Positions 56,500 through 64,000 of a stretch of 64,000 bases of DNA are shown here, piece after piece. How positions within the stretch are numbered: the first letter of the stretch is position 1; each line of letters begins with the position of its first letter. The DNA lies in IMG/VR virus record IMGVR_UViG_3300033076_001137, positions 9,406 through 73,405 of that record. One strand, 5' to 3'. Below the pieces are notes generated by a model. It was given only the letters and a program-made list of their open reading frames with translations. It had not been told where the DNA came from and searched no databases. A program made the position numbers and the translations under genes. The stretch comes from a virus. Taxonomy: Duplodnaviria > Caudoviricetes.

Positions 56500-59400
56500 T
56501 CAGACGAACTCGACGCCCGCCGGGGTGATGATAAAGTCGACCGCGATGAATTCGACTGCGCGGGTTGGGACGAACACGATACGACCGTTGAGTCTGTTGG
56601 CTGCAATGTCGGCGGGCGTGTTGTTCGTCTCGTCCATGACGATTCTGAACTGCTCGATTCCGGCCTGGGCACGGACGAGATTCAACAGTGGTGTTGCCTG
56701 ATCGATGAAACGCTGACGTGTTGTCTTGTCGTTCGGTTCAAAGATGAGACCGCGAGCGACAGCTGCGATGACTCTCTTGAGCTCGAGGAAGAGACGACGG
56801 ACGTTAACACGATCAAGCGCCGACTTAGAAAGCTGAAGTGTCTTCTGACCGAAGATCACGAAACCGCTTCCAGGGAATGTGCCGATCGGATTGATGTTCG
56901 CCTCATACAGGCTATCGCGATCTGCCGTGCTGAGTCGGACCTCAACATTCGAGACGAAATCAAGCGCTCCCCTGTTAAATCCTGCCGGAGCGTACCAAGG
57001 ATATGCAACCTTGTCGCTGTAAGCGAGAGCGCCGAGTGCCGCGATCGAGGCTGGTACCTTAACACGACGAGAAGAAGCGGTGTCGTTGACGTAAACGTCC
57101 GGGAAGTAAGTCGCGACGTAGCTGTTGTTGATACCACGAGCCGTGAAAGCGTCGATCGTCTTGGAAACATTGGGACGTCCGCTTGAATCGTCGAAGAGTC
57201 TGATGTTGTTGTCGTCGTAACCCGGAGCGTCCATCACGTACATACCGAAAGCGTAAGAATCAAGTCGACGAGAGAGGTAATCGGTGACAAGAGAATCCTT
57301 GACACCGGGCACCGCTATCATGTTGACGTTGACCGTCAACTTGTCGGTCATCATACGCGCTGCAGCGCGGTAGGAATTAACGGCGTTGTTAGCGAGCTCC
57401 TCTCCACCCGCGTTGTAACCGAGACCTGACGCTGCGATTGGAGCTGCTCCGACAGCGGCGCGCCCACCAGCCTCAGTTGAGGTAGCACGATCACCAAGAA
57501 GAGCCGCGGCCTCATCGAAGATGTTAACGCCATCGAATCCGCCGTAGAACATTGTCGAGAACTTCGCGTATTCAGCGAACTTGTTGAATGTTTGCGCCGA
57601 CCCAGAAAGAAGAGAGGCAAACGTCAACCTATCGATTGAAGCTCCCGCATCATTGATTCTGTAGTCAGTCGTCGAGGGAACGCCGTTTCTGATGTAAGCT
57701 GCTTCCTTGATGTGCGATTCAACGGTTCCCGTGATGTCGGAAAGTGTCTGGTTAGAGAAAGCTACACGAGCAAGCGTGAATTTGTTAGCGTTGAAAGCGT
57801 CGGCGTCCGAACCAGTGACCAAAGCGTCAAGCTTCTGGATGCCCTGCATCTTCGCGTAAGAAGCGATGAGAGGATTGAACTCGGTGCCAGCGTTCGCGTT
57901 CATGACAGAGTTAGTCACTGAGCCAGTGGATGGCAGACGCTCGAACTTAACTCCCCAATGGAGTCTCGAGTCCGGCGTCTCCAGAGGATCAGCAGATCCG
58001 ATGTAGGCGGTTCCGTTCAGCGCACCCTGAGTGACCTTGAATCGGAAAGGAAGCGGCGGAACGATGGCTGAATCGAGCGTATTGAAAGTTCCGACACCCT
58101 GAAGTCTTGTCGAACCACCTGGCGTACCGTAAGAACGACCACCGAGCGAGAGCGTAGCTGACGTGTCGGTAAGAGTCTGAGTAGTTCTGACGACTGGAAT
58201 TCCCCTGAATCCGAATGGAAGGGCAGAAGCTGGAACGAGTCCTGAATCAAGCTGGGTAGAAGGAACGACCCTAATCCGGCGGCTGACGTTCGGATAACGA
58301 CCGCTTACCTGCAGACGACGCTCTGATTCATCAACAGCGTCAAAGTTGAATGTGACCTTCTTATCTCCGATCTTTCTCGCGATAAAGTTGGCGCTGGACG
58401 GATTTAGATCGCATCCACCGAAAACCTCGAGTATCCTTGGATTTGTATCGGTGTCGTAAAGATCTCTGACAATAACGTCAAATGTTCCGTAAGGATTTCT
58501 TGGATCGACGGAAGCTCTCACGTTTGCGATCGAGACCTTGCAAATCTCATTGGCGCCAGCGCCATCGGAGGTCGTCTCGAAGTTGAAAAGGTCATACTCC
58601 ATGGACCCGTAGGGCTGGGAAATAATAGCTGGAGTCCTGGCGTTCGAGTAGCGCGTATCATAACGACCAAAATTCTGCAGGTACGTGCTTGAGCCGGAAA
58701 GAATTGCGACCTGACCCATTCCAGCCGTGTCAATTCCTGTGAGCTCATCCTCGACTGCGAAATCCAGGTAGAGGCAGTGCTGCTCTTCTTGGAGACGACG
58801 TGGATCAGTATTTAAAACCTTTCCGAAATAATCGGAGGAACGAGGATCAAGAGAAGCAGTAACTATCTTGAGTCCGCTGACGCCATCGGTTGATGAGAAA
58901 GTTGAGCCGAGAGACGAGGAAATTACGAACTTGAACTTCTTGTAGGTCGAAGAAGAGCTGTCAAGGTCGGTGGAGGCAATATCGTCGAGTGCCGCGCCAG
59001 ATCCCGTCCATGCCGCACCGGAGCCCGTCATATCGAGCAGCATGCCGCGGGCGCCAGTGGGGAACATGAGGACACCTCGGACGATGTTCAGGGTGTCAGA
59101 AGATCCGGGATTAAAGCTCGGATTATCGCTGAATACCGGGAATCCCTTCCACTCTGAAGGGGATACCGTATCAGCCGGCAGAACGTGACGCGCTGCAAGA
59201 AATTGAACGGTGCTTGTCTTGCGTAGATCGCCGGGTGGAAGACCAACAGTCGAGCCAACAACTTTGAAGCCCGCGTTTCTTACTGTTCCCTGTGAAAGTG
59301 TGGTATTAAAATCTGACGTGCTCGCGTTCGCGCCAGCACCGAGGACCCGGATGAAAGTAAGGGACCCCTTGTGCTTTAAAAATTCATTCGCTGCGTAAGA

Positions 59401-59598
59401 AGCGGGGAACTTGGGATCAAGTCCACCGAATCTAGCCTCGAAGTCCGAGAATGATGCCACCGTGGTGGGTACGAAAGCGGGACCGGCGGCCGCCGCGCCG
59501 ATAAGCCCACCCGGCACACCTGTGGGCTGCGCGCCCGGGGCGGCGAGTTCAATCTCCTGCTCAAAGAAACCAGGAGAGCGGAAGGTCTGTTCGGACAT
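56500..59598 (-). CDS. tail sheath protein, paralogue 1
   Basis: SPGFFEQEI, GPAFVP, FIRVLG, WYAPAGFNRG, DRVNVRRL, IFEPN, VPTRAVEFI. Confidence 0.92.
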   Translation of the reverse strand: MSEQTFRSPGFFEQEIELAAPGAQPTGVPGGLIGAAAAGPAFVPTTVASFSDFEARFGGLDPKFPASYAANEFLKHKGSLTFIRVLGAGANASTSDFNTTLSQGTVRNAGFKVVGSTVGLPPGDLRKTSTVQFLAARHVLPADTVSPSEWKGFPVFSDNPSFNPGSSDTLNIVRGVLMFPTGARGMLLDMTGSGAAWTGSGAALDDIASTDLDSSSSTYKKFKFVISSSLGSTFSSTDGVSGLKIVTASLDPRSSDYFGKVLNTDPRRLQEEQHCLYLDFAVEDELTGIDTAGMGQVAILSGSSTYLQNFGRYDTRYSNARTPAIISQPYGSMEYDLFNFETTSDGAGANEICKVSIANVRASVDPRNPYGTFDVIVRDLYDTDTNPRILEVFGGCDLNPSSANFIARKIGDKKVTFNFDAVDESERRLQVSGRYPNVSRRIRVVPSTQLDSGLVPASALPFGFRGIPVVRTTQTLTDTSATLSLGGRSYGTPGGSTRLQGVGTFNTLDSAIVPPLPFRFKVTQGALNGTAYIGSADPLETPDSRLHWGVKFERLPSTGSVTNSVMNANAGTEFNPLIASYAKMQGIQKLDALVTGSDADAFNANKFTLARVAFSNQTLSDITGTVESHIKEAAYIRNGVPSTTDYRINDAGASIDRLTFASLLSGSAQTFNKFAEYAKFSTMFYGGFDGVNIFDEAAALLGDRATSTEAGGRAAVGAAPIAASGLGYNAGGEELANNAVNSYRAAARMMTDKLTVNVNMIAVPGVKDSLVTDYLSRRLDSYAFGMYVMDAPGYDDNNIRLFDDSSGRPNVSKTIDAFTARGINNSYVATYFPDVYVNDTASSRRVKVPASIAALGALAYSDKVAYPWYAPAGFNRGALDFVSNVEVRLSTADRDSLYEANINPIGTFPGSGFVIFGQKTLQLSKSALDRVNVRRLFLELKRVIAAVARGLIFEPNDKTTRQRFIDQATPLLNLVRAQAGIEQFRIVMDETNNTPADIAANRLNGRIVFVPTRAVEFIAVDFIITPAGVEFV

Positions 59599-59633
59599 TA
59601 ATTTGCTCCTAAGCGTAAGGATAGTTCAGAAGC

Positions 59634-59640
59634 TAAGTAT
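59634..59640 (-). promoter_or_regulatory. ATAnTTA putative late promoter (ATACTTA)
   Basis: 36 nt upstream of the sheath-1 ATG. Confidence 0.6.
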
Positions 59641-59665
59641 CACGCTTGGAGTGAAACTTCGCAGC

Positions 59666-60928
59666 TTATGTGATATCCTTGTTCGATCTGGCTGTAGTAG
59701 TGACGGTAGTCAGAACCTCCTCTCCGTGTGTCTTGGAGACGTTTCGTACTTTGACTGTTACATCCATTGGCTTGCCAGTCATCGGGTCAACAGAGAGGTT
59801 CCTGGTAGTGCTGGTGACCTTGATAGATGATGACTCGGTCCCGCCAAGAGCTGTCGACTCAGATGGAGCAGAAGAGGTACCTTTTTTTTGCGATCCGCCC
59901 GCAGAAAATTCTGTCTGGTTCACGGCTGGGGATCCGACAGCACCTGTGGATGTTGGATCTTCTACTGTCACGATTGGATCCAATATTCTGGAATTCTGAC
60001 GCATGTCCTGAACGTTCCCGGGAAAATTGGCAGGTACTGCGGGATCTTCGATTATTCCAAACGAGAATTGGGTCGCAGAAATGTGCCTGCGGGTTCCGTT
60101 GGGAATTCCGGGAAGCTCAGGGGAAATAATGTACGCGGAAACCTCAGCGGTCAAGGTGCTCTTGATAATCCTTTCTTCATCCGACATATTATCGAAATTA
60201 TTTTCAGAACTTATGCCAGTCTCGAAAGTCGCTACGAACCAATACCCCGCCGGAGTCTCTATCCTGTAAGTGCGAGCTCTAGTGTTGTGATACCCACTCA
60301 TGATCGTCGTCAAGATCGAGTTGCTGTGCTGGGTATACTGAGTCCACAACGTGATCTCGTACTTCGCAGTATAAAACTTCGGCGTTGGAATCGTGATAGT
60401 CTCGTAAAGACCACCGGCCAAGTTGGGCTCTAGCAATCTACCGCCTGTCTTACGCGCAGGTCTCGAAAGAGACTCAGATCGATTACCCGCTCCAGTTTGA
60501 GCGTTCTCTAGATTTAGGGAATTGACGACGCGTTGATAGAGAGGATCGTCATTCGAGATTCTTCTCTTTATGGAAATCGTTCCAGCATCAGGCACCTCTA
60601 TTATCTTGGGAGCTTGCTGCTCGATTCCAGTTCTCGTCATAGTGACGAGCGGAAGGATAAGAGCTCCGTTCTTATCACGTAGAGGCTCTTTTCTACGATT
60701 AATCGCGAATCTTTCGCCGGTGGCAAATATGACAGGGACTTTGCGGGTCGTGCCATCTTTCTGCTGATATACTAGCGGTATATCATTATCGAAGAGCCTG
60801 AACATGGCACGATCGACGTCTTCTAGACCGCACGAGGGAACGAGACGCTCGGGGGTGTTAGCTCCCTCGTACCCTAGGTTCAGAGACTCTACTCCGTATT
60901 TTTTTGTAGTTGAGAATCTGGTGCTCAT
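59666..60928 (-). CDS. tail completion/terminator protein (gp15-like)
   Basis: EDVDRAM, KVPVIFATGERFA, LPL.T..R, Y.ITLWTQY...N.I; located between neck and sheath. Confidence 0.7.
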   Translation of the reverse strand: MSTRFSTTKKYGVESLNLGYEGANTPERLVPSCGLEDVDRAMFRLFDNDIPLVYQQKDGTTRKVPVIFATGERFAINRRKEPLRDKNGALILPLVTMTRTGIEQQAPKIIEVPDAGTISIKRRISNDDPLYQRVVNSLNLENAQTGAGNRSESLSRPARKTGGRLLEPNLAGGLYETITIPTPKFYTAKYEITLWTQYTQHSNSILTTIMSGYHNTRARTYRIETPAGYWFVATFETGISSENNFDNMSDEERIIKSTLTAEVSAYIISPELPGIPNGTRRHISATQFSFGIIEDPAVPANFPGNVQDMRQNSRILDPIVTVEDPTSTGAVGSPAVNQTEFSAGGSQKKGTSSAPSESTALGGTESSSIKVTSTTRNLSVDPMTGKPMDVTVKVRNVSKTHGEEVLTTVTTTARSNKDIT

Positions 60929-61581
60929 TCGTCACCGTAGAATGACGAATTGATTCCATCTGGTGACACCTTCTTCGGACCCGTGAGAGGCGCGTCAAGC
61001 TTACCGTCAGCCTGAAGTTCTCGACGATCGGCGGTCTCTCCAAGTTCATTCGTAGCAGAACCTCTCTGCTGAACGAATGTATCCTGCGTGACTTTGTTGG
61101 CGTCGAGATTCTGGGCTGCAGGCCCAAGCTGCGTAATCCGATTGATGAGTCCTTCGCGAGCCTGCTTACCAACGAGCTTGTATCCTGTCACGTGCTCGAC
61201 CTGCCCGAAGATCTTGCTAATCGAAATGACTTGCGCGATCTCGAACATGATTGATCCATATGACATGAAATCTCCCATTTTCATGCGAAGATTTTTGTCA
61301 TTCAGATCCTGCGCGTGTACGCGAACCTCGATTGAATGATATTTCTCGCTTCCGAACTTGTTCGTCCTTACCTCTCCGGGTGACCATTCAACGAGAGCGT
61401 CTATTTCTATCGGAGGGTCGAAAATCTTCTCGATCGATTCTTCGTAGACGTCGTGAACCGAAGTTATGTCGGATCTTACAGGGTAATAATAGATCTTTTG
61501 ACCTATCACGTCTTTCATGACCTCTTTGGTGAGATCACTTATTAAATCTAGCTCTCTAGGAGTGATGAAGAGTCTTGCCAT
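60925..61581 (-). CDS. neck/head-tail connector protein (gp14-like)
   Basis: GQKIYYYP...VYEES..KIFDPPIEI.ALVEW...GDF..YG...FEI. Confidence 0.75.
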   Translation of the reverse strand: MARLFITPRELDLISDLTKEVMKDVIGQKIYYYPVRSDITSVHDVYEESIEKIFDPPIEIDALVEWSPGEVRTNKFGSEKYHSIEVRVHAQDLNDKNLRMKMGDFMSYGSIMFEIAQVISISKIFGQVEHVTGYKLVGKQAREGLINRITQLGPAAQNLDANKVTQDTFVQQRGSATNELGETADRRELQADGKLDAPLTGPKKVSPDGINSSFYGDE

Positions 61582-61585
61582 CTCA

Positions 61586-62764
61586 TTATCCTATGGTGAT
61601 GACACGACCCATCGGGATCGGCGTCGCTCTCAGTATCTTCTGCAGGTTATCAATCTCTGCAGCCTTCGTCTCTATGAGCTTGTTATAGGTGAGAGTGTCA
61701 AGCATCTCTCGAAGATCAGTCTTAAGCTTATCTTTTTCCTCTTTGGCGGTACTTTTTAAATCGTTACCGTCAAGCTGAAGCTCTCCACCTGGTATCGGAA
61801 CGGATCCGAATTTAGACCTGATCATACCCAAAAGCTCCTTACAAAGAGCTAGAGTGTACTGCCTGACCCATTGACGGGCTATGGAGTTCACCTTGGAATA
61901 AACAAAATTACCGTAAGGAACATTTGATAAGTTCGAGACGCCATTTATCGAGCCGTCGCCCTCAATTGCTGATGACAACGGATTGCTTTCAAATCCGACC
62001 CTGACCCAAAGCTTTAAAGGATTATCAGCGGTGGGCATAGGGAATATCCTGAGCTTCGTTCCCGTCACGCGATAGCTGTAATTCGAACGACGGACTCTGT
62101 TCGATATATTCATCTGCCCACCGCGAAGGATGTCTTCGAAGACTGGTAGGACGTAAAATACAGTCTCTGGTGTGAAGGACTCGAAGCTGAACTCGTTGTT
62201 CAGGTAGTTTATCGCAGATGTTGTATCGAAGAAACGGTACGCAGCCATCGGGTTGAAATGCATGATCTCAAAAATACGCATTTTCCGATGCTCAGGATTC
62301 AACGACGAGCTCACAACGGGAGTTCCCGTGGAAGGATCGATCAGGTCAGTGTACAGGTCATAATCCTGCACGTTCTGACGAAGTTGAATGGCTCCTGAAA
62401 CGGCATTATATGTGCCTCCCAATCCAGCCTCGACTGCGTATGGTTCGGCCATGCGAATAACGTAGTTGAGAGTGTCTCTCGGGAACTTTTGAGTTGCTTC
62501 GTTCAAGCTACCCGTCTGCATCCCGAGGAGAGAAAGCAATTGACTTCTAGCCTGGTACTGATTAACAATCGAGGCGTACTCGAGGAAAGCTTCCTCAAAG
62601 CACGCCCAGATCTGCTTTTTCGTGAGCTCAACGGACAGAACGTCATCGCCGAGACGACGCTTCACGAATGTAACCATCGCGTCGGCCTCACCCTGAAAAT
62701 CAGAGTCAGAATCGAAAAATCCGAATGGAGTCGGGTTGAGGGTTAGTGTAAACGTCGTCGACAT
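61586..62764 (-). CDS. neck/head-tail adaptor protein (gp13-like)
   Basis: RRLGD....VELT..QI.ACFEEA; WVRQYTLALCKE.LG..RSKF...P.PGG....DG..L. Confidence 0.8.
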   Translation of the reverse strand: MSTTFTLTLNPTPFGFFDSDSDFQGEADAMVTFVKRRLGDDVLSVELTKKQIWACFEEAFLEYASIVNQYQARSQLLSLLGMQTGSLNEATQKFPRDTLNYVIRMAEPYAVEAGLGGTYNAVSGAIQLRQNVQDYDLYTDLIDPSTGTPVVSSSLNPEHRKMRIFEIMHFNPMAAYRFFDTTSAINYLNNEFSFESFTPETVFYVLPVFEDILRGGQMNISNRVRRSNYSYRVTGTKLRIFPMPTADNPLKLWVRVGFESNPLSSAIEGDGSINGVSNLSNVPYGNFVYSKVNSIARQWVRQYTLALCKELLGMIRSKFGSVPIPGGELQLDGNDLKSTAKEEKDKLKTDLREMLDTLTYNKLIETKAAEIDNLQKILRATPIPMGRVITIG

Positions 62765-62791
62765 GCTGGCTCCCTGATGTAAATAGGAGCC

Positions 62792-64000
62792 TCACTCGTC
62801 TTTCGCTAGCTGCCTCTTCAGAGCTTCATACAGGACCTGAGCAACAGTTCGATTTCGAGAGTCTTGAACCCGTCCATACTCATTCTTCAGAATTTTCCAA
62901 TATTGGCCCTTCATTTCTGGGCTCAAGGTAGATGGCACGAACTTCTCGAAACTTTCCTTATCATCGTTCTTCAAGAATTCGCGCATCCTAGTTCCTGAGA
63001 TAGAAACAGTTTCGCTTCTGGGTACGGGTCTCTGACGAAATTTTTCGATAACGATCGGATCCCTGATCATAGCATCCAATTTCTCTCGAGAGTATTTGCT
63101 CGCGCTATCCTCATCATCAGCGTAGAATACGAAGGAGCTGACCACGTTCTTAAGATCACGCATCTTGTCGACAGCTAGACCGAGAGGAGAATCTGGAGTT
63201 ATCACCAGGGTCGCGTTGGGATAGTCACGATGGAACTGAGGTTCTAGAACAACGCGCCACGCATCTATCATGACTCCGGGAGGAAGCTCATCACGACCAG
63301 ATGTCGATGTTAGGACGAGAACCTCATCGCACTCTTTTGTCGCAAGATCGATGACGCCCCAGTGGCCTGCATGCACTGGCTTTCCGGACACAACAAAAAT
63401 TCCGAGAGTGAATCCGCTCTTGTCGCCGATCTCGAGACGCTTCATGATGCGGCTCTTCGTGGTCAAGAAAAGATCCTCTTGCCTCTGGATCAGAGACTTC
63501 GGATGTTCAAGACGACCAAGTCTATTCGATATTGCAAGGTCAAAATAGCATTTATTTCTGATTGTTTCCAGAATACCGTCAAGATCATTTTCCGGGATGT
63601 TCTTGCGCGATTCCGGAGCTAGCTCACGAGCCAGTTCATCTGCGATGATAATGATAGAATCCCAATACGACTGTTCCTTCTGAGGATCTTCAGCCCTGAA
63701 TTTCTTCTTCATTCCAGTGCGATGCTCGACATCATGCTGATCGAACCTGAGAGCTTTGTACAGAGTCTTCGCTAGAGAGGGCTTAAATACAGACCCTTCA
63801 GCCGCAGCGGTCTCTGACTCTGTCGATAGCGTCGTGTCAAAATCAGAGAAAATATCGTAGATAGCCTCGACGATCTTGATCGGACGGTCAGGACCCGGCT
63901 CGTCATATGCAGCTCGCAGCTTGTCCATCGAGCTTTCAATTCGACGCTTGATGCTTGGGCTCTTCACTCCGTTGATCAGACCGTCGATGCTTCCGAGATT
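62792..64000 (-). CDS. protein with a C-terminal HIGH-motif nucleotidyltransferase domain, partial
   Basis: KPVHAGH motif and ISGT.MR; the frame stays open from 63967 to the window edge (NLGSIDGLINGV...), so the true start lies outside the window. Confidence 0.7.
   Translation of the reverse strand, partial: NLGSIDGLINGVKSPSIKRRIESSMDKLRAAYDEPGPDRPIKIVEAIYDIFSDFDTTLSTESETAAAEGSVFKPSLAKTLYKALRFDQHDVEHRTGMKKKFRAEDPQKEQSYWDSIIIIADELARELAPESRKNIPENDLDGILETIRNKCYFDLAISNRLGRLEHPKSLIQRQEDLFLTTKSRIMKRLEIGDKSGFTLGIFVVSGKPVHAGHWGVIDLATKECDEVLVLTSTSGRDELPPGVMIDAWRVVLEPQFHRDYPNATLVITPDSPLGLAVDKMRDLKNVVSSFVFYADDEDSASKYSREKLDAMIRDPIVIEKFRQRPVPRSETVSISGTRMREFLKNDDKESFEKFVPSTLSPEMKGQYWKILKNEYGRVQDSRNRTVAQVLYEALKRQLAKDE

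Noticed and set aside
1-64000. tRNA, tmRNA or rRNA genes
   Set aside because: Intergenic gaps are short, and none shows a cloverleaf with a TTCGA T-loop and acceptor stem on visual inspection; a tRNAscan/Infernal run would be definitive

Overview
A 64-kb segment of a large, jumbo-type contractile-tailed (myovirus-like) bacteriophage genome. Every credible gene lies on the minus strand and uses the standard code 11; plus-strand ORFs look like antisense shadows. In transcription order (right to left): (1) nucleotidyltransferase-domain protein, neck and tail-completion genes, two tandem ~1000-aa tail sheath paralogues, tail tube, tail assembly chaperone with a probable G/GT-type frameshift, tape measure and baseplate genes; (2) a replication/recombination block: isolated family-A polymerase domain, gp32-like SSB, RecA/UvsX, 5'-3' exonuclease, DnaB/gp41-like helicase, class II RNR, ClpP, ThyX, eukaryote-type PMM, MBD4-like and Nei-like glycosylases, dCTPase/dUTPase-like enzyme; (3) fibre-like proteins and a J-domain protein; (4) a free-standing endonuclease fused by an ATGA overlap to a DnaE replicase; (5) a cytosine hypermodification cluster (BGT-like glycosyltransferase, dNMP kinase, dCMP hydroxymethylase, NDP-sugar epimerase, cupin, TK, DHH, dCMP deaminase); (6) putative internal head proteins, including a SOD, sharing an N-terminal leader motif. 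The top finding is that dnaE really starts at 18457, not 18280, and carries a 9-nt in-frame, stop-containing insertion (TAAGTAACC, 18371-18379) inside the PHP metal-binding motif, about 80 nt from the endonuclease gene. This is reminiscent of the T4 mobA/gene 60 bypass cassette. A recurrent ATAnTTA motif marks putative late promoters. No tRNA, rRNA, CRISPR array, intein or reverse transcriptase was seen. All product calls are by motif recognition, with no database searches.
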